Below are positions 60,390 through 64,000 of a stretch of 64,000 nt of DNA, piece after piece (position 1 is the first letter of the stretch; every line of letters starts with the position of its first letter). The DNA is taken from the IMG/VR virus record IMGVR_UViG_3300042305_001773, positions 124,001 through 188,000 of that record. One strand, 5' to 3'. The translations under genes and the position numbers were made by a program. Below the pieces are notes generated by a model that saw nothing but the letters and a program-made list of their open reading frames with translations, had not been told where the DNA came from and searched no databases.

Positions 60390-61997
60390 TTATGCCTTCT
60401 TGAGTGGGCCGCCGGGCCATTTAATGCTATCTTTGTACAGCGGCGCGTACGTCTGTGAAATAAGTGTCGTGTCTTCGTCTTCTTCTTCGGTGCGGATGTA
60501 TGACAGCGCAAACGACGTACCAGCCAACGCACGTTCGGCGTTGATGGCGTACGACACCTGCGTGACGGCTGCGATCATTGCGCCGTCTGATTGAATTTCT
60601 GAGTCTGGTAGCTCAATTCTAACAATACTACCCGGGGCAATATCGAACCGCAGTTTGCCCGATAGTTCTCCGTAGCGCTGGCTCAAAAACTCGGTTTTGT
60701 AAAAGTGCTCTGCAAAACGTTTACTCACGCCGTCCGCCATTCCGGTCGCGACGTCCGCCGGCAATAACCACTCTGGCGGCGGGTCACCCTCGCCGGTCGC
60801 GGGCGCAATGCAGTCGCCGGGACGCTTTCCTTTTACGCCGGTTGTTGCGCCCGTAAAAATGGGCCATGGCGACATATTTGTCAGCCACGCGGGCAAGTCT
60901 TTAAACAGCTTCAACCCGGGACGTTCTTCTCCGGGTTTAAACGGGTACTGCCCGGCGGGCTGGGTGTATACGTCTGCCATACGAACTTGCCCGCCGGCCG
61001 ACAACATCGGGTCCATTTGTTGCGGCCAAAACACGACCACGCTGTCAATGAGCTGGCTCATAGACGCGTTAAAGTTGGCGTAGCTGTATTCATCGCCTTT
61101 GATGACGTACTTTTTATTACCGTCATGTTTGAGGCCGCCAAAAAACGGAACCACGTATGCGTGCTCGATTGCTGGCGACACGGCAAAGAAAAACTGCGAC
61201 GCGTACTCGCCAACAAGCTTTCCCCAGAACGACGTGTACGCAAACGACTCTAACGCGTCTTTTGTTAGCGCCGTTCGCACCGACATTTCAATGTTGTTGC
61301 CGTTTAAGCCGTCAAGGTTCAAAGCGAGCTTGGCGTTACCCGGCGCAACGGGCATGCGTTTCAGCGCTTTTATTGCTGCTTCGTTTGGGCGTGATTGCGG
61401 TAATTTATATTCAGCCATTTTGTTGAAGATCGGCTTGATAACCTCGCCCCACAAATCGCGCGAGATTTTGTCTTTGCGGATTAGATCGCCGTTGGCGTCA
61501 ATAATCGGAACGCTGGAGTGCGCGTTACCTTCAGTCTGCAGCGCCACAAAGGCTGCGTTTGTGGCCATAAGGAACGGCGCGTTTTGAAACCACTTGCCGT
61601 TGAGGGCTGACGAGTTGTTCAAGTCGTCGAGCCAATGGATGAGTTGCAGCACGTAATTAGCGCTGTTGTGTGAGCGTTGATACCCGATGCCGGCAAGCAT
61701 GCCTTCAAATATCACAAACCGGCCGTTCTCCATTTTGTCTTTCTGCCCGGCTTCAGGGATAATTCTGAGCCAGACAGTCACAGGATCGCGCGGTTTGATT
61801 TGTTTACGTAGTTTATGAATCGTCGCTTCGCGCGTTTTGCCGGACGCCGCGTCGTAACCTACTGCGACTGTAAGCGACGCAGTTGGAATACTGTTCAACC
61901 CAAATGTGGCAGAGATAGCAACAATGTCGTCAAACACGGTGTCTTTGATCTTGGCCGTGATTTCAAACTTCGAGTAAACGTACGGCTGTTTAGCCAT
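60390..61997 (-). CDS. baseplate hub (gp27/late-control-D-like)
   Basis: VIFEG at N-term; GELSGKLRFDIAPGSIVRI...VTQVSY at C-term; position. Confidence 0.65.
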   Translation of the reverse strand: MAKQPYVYSKFEITAKIKDTVFDDIVAISATFGLNSIPTASLTVAVGYDAASGKTREATIHKLRKQIKPRDPVTVWLRIIPEAGQKDKMENGRFVIFEGMLAGIGYQRSHNSANYVLQLIHWLDDLNNSSALNGKWFQNAPFLMATNAAFVALQTEGNAHSSVPIIDANGDLIRKDKISRDLWGEVIKPIFNKMAEYKLPQSRPNEAAIKALKRMPVAPGNAKLALNLDGLNGNNIEMSVRTALTKDALESFAYTSFWGKLVGEYASQFFFAVSPAIEHAYVVPFFGGLKHDGNKKYVIKGDEYSYANFNASMSQLIDSVVVFWPQQMDPMLSAGGQVRMADVYTQPAGQYPFKPGEERPGLKLFKDLPAWLTNMSPWPIFTGATTGVKGKRPGDCIAPATGEGDPPPEWLLPADVATGMADGVSKRFAEHFYKTEFLSQRYGELSGKLRFDIAPGSIVRIELPDSEIQSDGAMIAAVTQVSYAINAERALAGTSFALSYIRTEEEDEDTTLISQTYAPLYKDSIKWPGGPLKKA

Positions 61998-62883
61998 TTG
62001 TATGCCTTCTTACGCTTTCCATACGGTAAATAAACGCCAGCACTAAACCGGCAAGGCGGTACGCCGGTAGCGGATGATCAAACCACAGATTTTTGAATGT
62101 CGCATATGGTTGTGCATCGTCAAGGCCAAACAGCTCAATAAATACGGGTTCGCCAATCAGCTCCAATGTCGGAAACAACGTTGTGATAGCGGGAGCCGGA
62201 TTAGCGTTTAGCGCGACGTACCACCGGCCGTTGAATGTCGTTGGATCTGTTATCAGCCGCTCTAGTCGCAATTTGATATCTGTTTCTGGCAGCGTCACAA
62301 CAGGTAGCTCTCCGGCTGAACGCGCGCTTGTTCGCGGGGCCGGGTCGTACACGGTTTGCGTAGTTAAAAATACTTCAGCGTCTGGATCAAGTTCTTTGAT
62401 TAGCACGCCGCGATTGTCTTCAAGTGTTAAAAAAGCATCTTCTTCGGCAGCCAGCGGATCGGGCGGCGCGGGGTACAAACCCAACGTGTACTGGCGATTT
62501 GCGCGGCCGGTGCTGTTGCTGGCAATAAACTCGCCGCCAATTGCGACATTCCTTGGCGCGCCGGCCATTTGGGTAACGCGCAACGACGGTTGATATTTAA
62601 ACTCGTTTTCTGCCGGTTCTGGCCAGTACGTTACACGTTCATCGAGTTTGTACAGATACTCGACCGCTGGTGTTTGATGGATGTAGCTAAGCAGCTCTCG
62701 CGCACGAAGATTCAAAAACCGCTGATCGGGACTGCTGCCAAACAATACGCGCCGCACCGTGGTCAATACGGTCGGCAACACTAACGGCCGAAACTCTGGC
62801 GGGATGTATTCATATCCTGCCTGTTGTTTCTGCGCGCTTTGCGCCCAAATGTTTAACAGCAATGTGCGGCCGTGATTAATCAT
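61990..62883 (-). CDS. hypothetical virion protein
   Basis: Position in the tail cluster. Confidence 0.6.
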   Translation of the reverse strand: MINHGRTLLLNIWAQSAQKQQAGYEYIPPEFRPLVLPTVLTTVRRVLFGSSPDQRFLNLRARELLSYIHQTPAVEYLYKLDERVTYWPEPAENEFKYQPSLRVTQMAGAPRNVAIGGEFIASNSTGRANRQYTLGLYPAPPDPLAAEEDAFLTLEDNRGVLIKELDPDAEVFLTTQTVYDPAPRTSARSAGELPVVTLPETDIKLRLERLITDPTTFNGRWYVALNANPAPAITTLFPTLELIGEPVFIELFGLDDAQPYATFKNLWFDHPLPAYRLAGLVLAFIYRMESVRRHTNG

Positions 62884-62884
62884 G

Positions 62885-63349
62885 TTATTTTTTAGGCACG
62901 ATGTTAAAACGAAGTGACCACTGGCCGACCAGCGTCTGCGGATCTTGCAGTTCTAATCGCATGCCGGTTAGAAAGGCCCAAAACGTGGAGTTTGAGCAGT
63001 CGCCGATTGTGACAGACATCTTGCCGTTTTCTTTAATGCGATTTTTTTGATAGAAGTCGTAGACGTTACAGATTTTTGCGCTGTCTGCGCCGGGGCAGGG
63101 TTTTACAAAACCAAAACCAGACACAGTTAATTCACCCACGCGATCGCCGAACGCGTACACGTAAATAAAATCATTTACGGTGTGAAGGAACTGATAGTTT
63201 CCGTTTAGTTCTAACGCAAAACCGCTAGTCGGCGCTGTCAGCTGACCGCCTTTAACGCCACCAAACTTGATTTTGAAAATATCGCCAGTGCAGTTCTTGG
63301 GCTTGATAATCGCCACAGCGCCGGCGCACGGGGTAAAAGCTACTGGCAT
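62885..63349 (-). CDS. tail-tube-like / tube-initiator protein
   Basis: YVYAFGDRVGELTVSG pattern; follows the tape measure. Confidence 0.55.
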   Translation of the reverse strand: MPVAFTPCAGAVAIIKPKNCTGDIFKIKFGGVKGGQLTAPTSGFALELNGNYQFLHTVNDFIYVYAFGDRVGELTVSGFGFVKPCPGADSAKICNVYDFYQKNRIKENGKMSVTIGDCSNSTFWAFLTGMRLELQDPQTLVGQWSLRFNIVPKK

Positions 63350-63352
63350 GGG

Positions 63353-64000
63353 TTACTTTCCGTAGTTTGCGCCGGTGCCGCCAGCCATATCGACTGCCGG
63401 TCCGTTGTCTGGGGTATCTTCCATGCGGTGACCGGTTGCCGCCAGCACCGCCTCCGACAGCCCGTGCAGCGTCAACGTGCCGTTCACGTTCATATCGCCA
63501 CCACCCCCGCCGCCCATACCTCCGGCTGATCGCGCGGCATCGTATTGCGAGATCGTGTCGCTGAGGTAGTTGTAGCGGGCTTGATCTTTTTCATCGTCAA
63601 AGTATTCGCCACTCCACCAGCTCGTTTTCTTTTTCTTTTCTAGCTCGCCGAGACGTTGCCGTGCCGATTGAATAGGATCGGCTGACTGCGCGTCTAGCAG
63701 CGCCTGTTCGGCGACCAGCCGCATATGGGGTTTTTCAATTACTTGCTGTACCGACCCATCCGCCCCAGTAACGTTGACTTTTTTAGCGCCGCCGCGCCGT
63801 TTAAACTCCGCTTTTTCTTCAGCTGTGCCGAATCGTTCCACGTCCGCGGCGGCTTGCTCTTCGGTGTACTCTGGGTTGTACGGAATAAATACGCGCTCAG
63901 AAACATCTTGATGGCCGCCAAAAAGATGCCAATCAGCCTCGCCACGAATTTCGCGCATCGACATCGTCGTTCCGGCCATTTGACCCATTCTGTTAAACGG
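63353..64000 (-). CDS. C-terminus of a probable tape-measure protein (runs off the window)
   Basis: Frame open to the window end; Gly-rich end with a VNGTLTL motif; position. Confidence 0.5.
   Translation of the reverse strand, partial: PFNRMGQMAGTTMSMREIRGEADWHLFGGHQDVSERVFIPYNPEYTEEQAAADVERFGTAEEKAEFKRRGGAKKVNVTGADGSVQQVIEKPHMRLVAEQALLDAQSADPIQSARQRLGELEKKKKTSWWSGEYFDDEKDQARYNYLSDTISQYDAARSAGGMGGGGGGDMNVNGTLTLHGLSEAVLAATGHRMEDTPDNGPAVDMAGGTGANYGK

Noticed and set aside
54509-64000. Extracellular contractile injection system or tailocin
   Set aside because: The terminase, tRNA and dense phage-type accessory genes on the same contig indicate a phage genome

Overview
This window is a gene-dense 64-kb internal segment of a large tailed-phage genome with a contractile (myovirus-type) baseplate. 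The host is most likely a Planctomycetota bacterium; this is inferred from several planctomycete-type gene families recalled from memory. Almost every real gene is on the minus strand. About 40-64 kb is a tail/baseplate module. It holds the C-terminus of a probable tape-measure protein, a hub, a sigma-70-family factor, gp25-like and baseplate J proteins, five tandem Cys-rich paralogues, a ~1505-aa Cys-repeat/collagen fibre, a second collagen protein and an Ig-like protein. About 1-39 kb is an accessory/early region. It holds a lone plus-strand GpA-type terminase large subunit, CsrA, tRNA-Thr(UGU), MazG-like and dNTP diphosphohydrolase genes and a pyrimidine-dimer glycosylase-like gene. It also has a DUF1257-DUF2997-AAA-DUF3150-like module and several apparently degenerate enzymes: primase/helicase, an HUH Rep-like protein, and a deoxyhypusine-synthase-like domain fused to an HTH. 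Intergenic gaps carry many structured hairpins. No capsid, portal, sheath, polymerase, integrase or CRISPR array was recognised. All family assignments come from motif recognition by eye and need HMM or structure confirmation.
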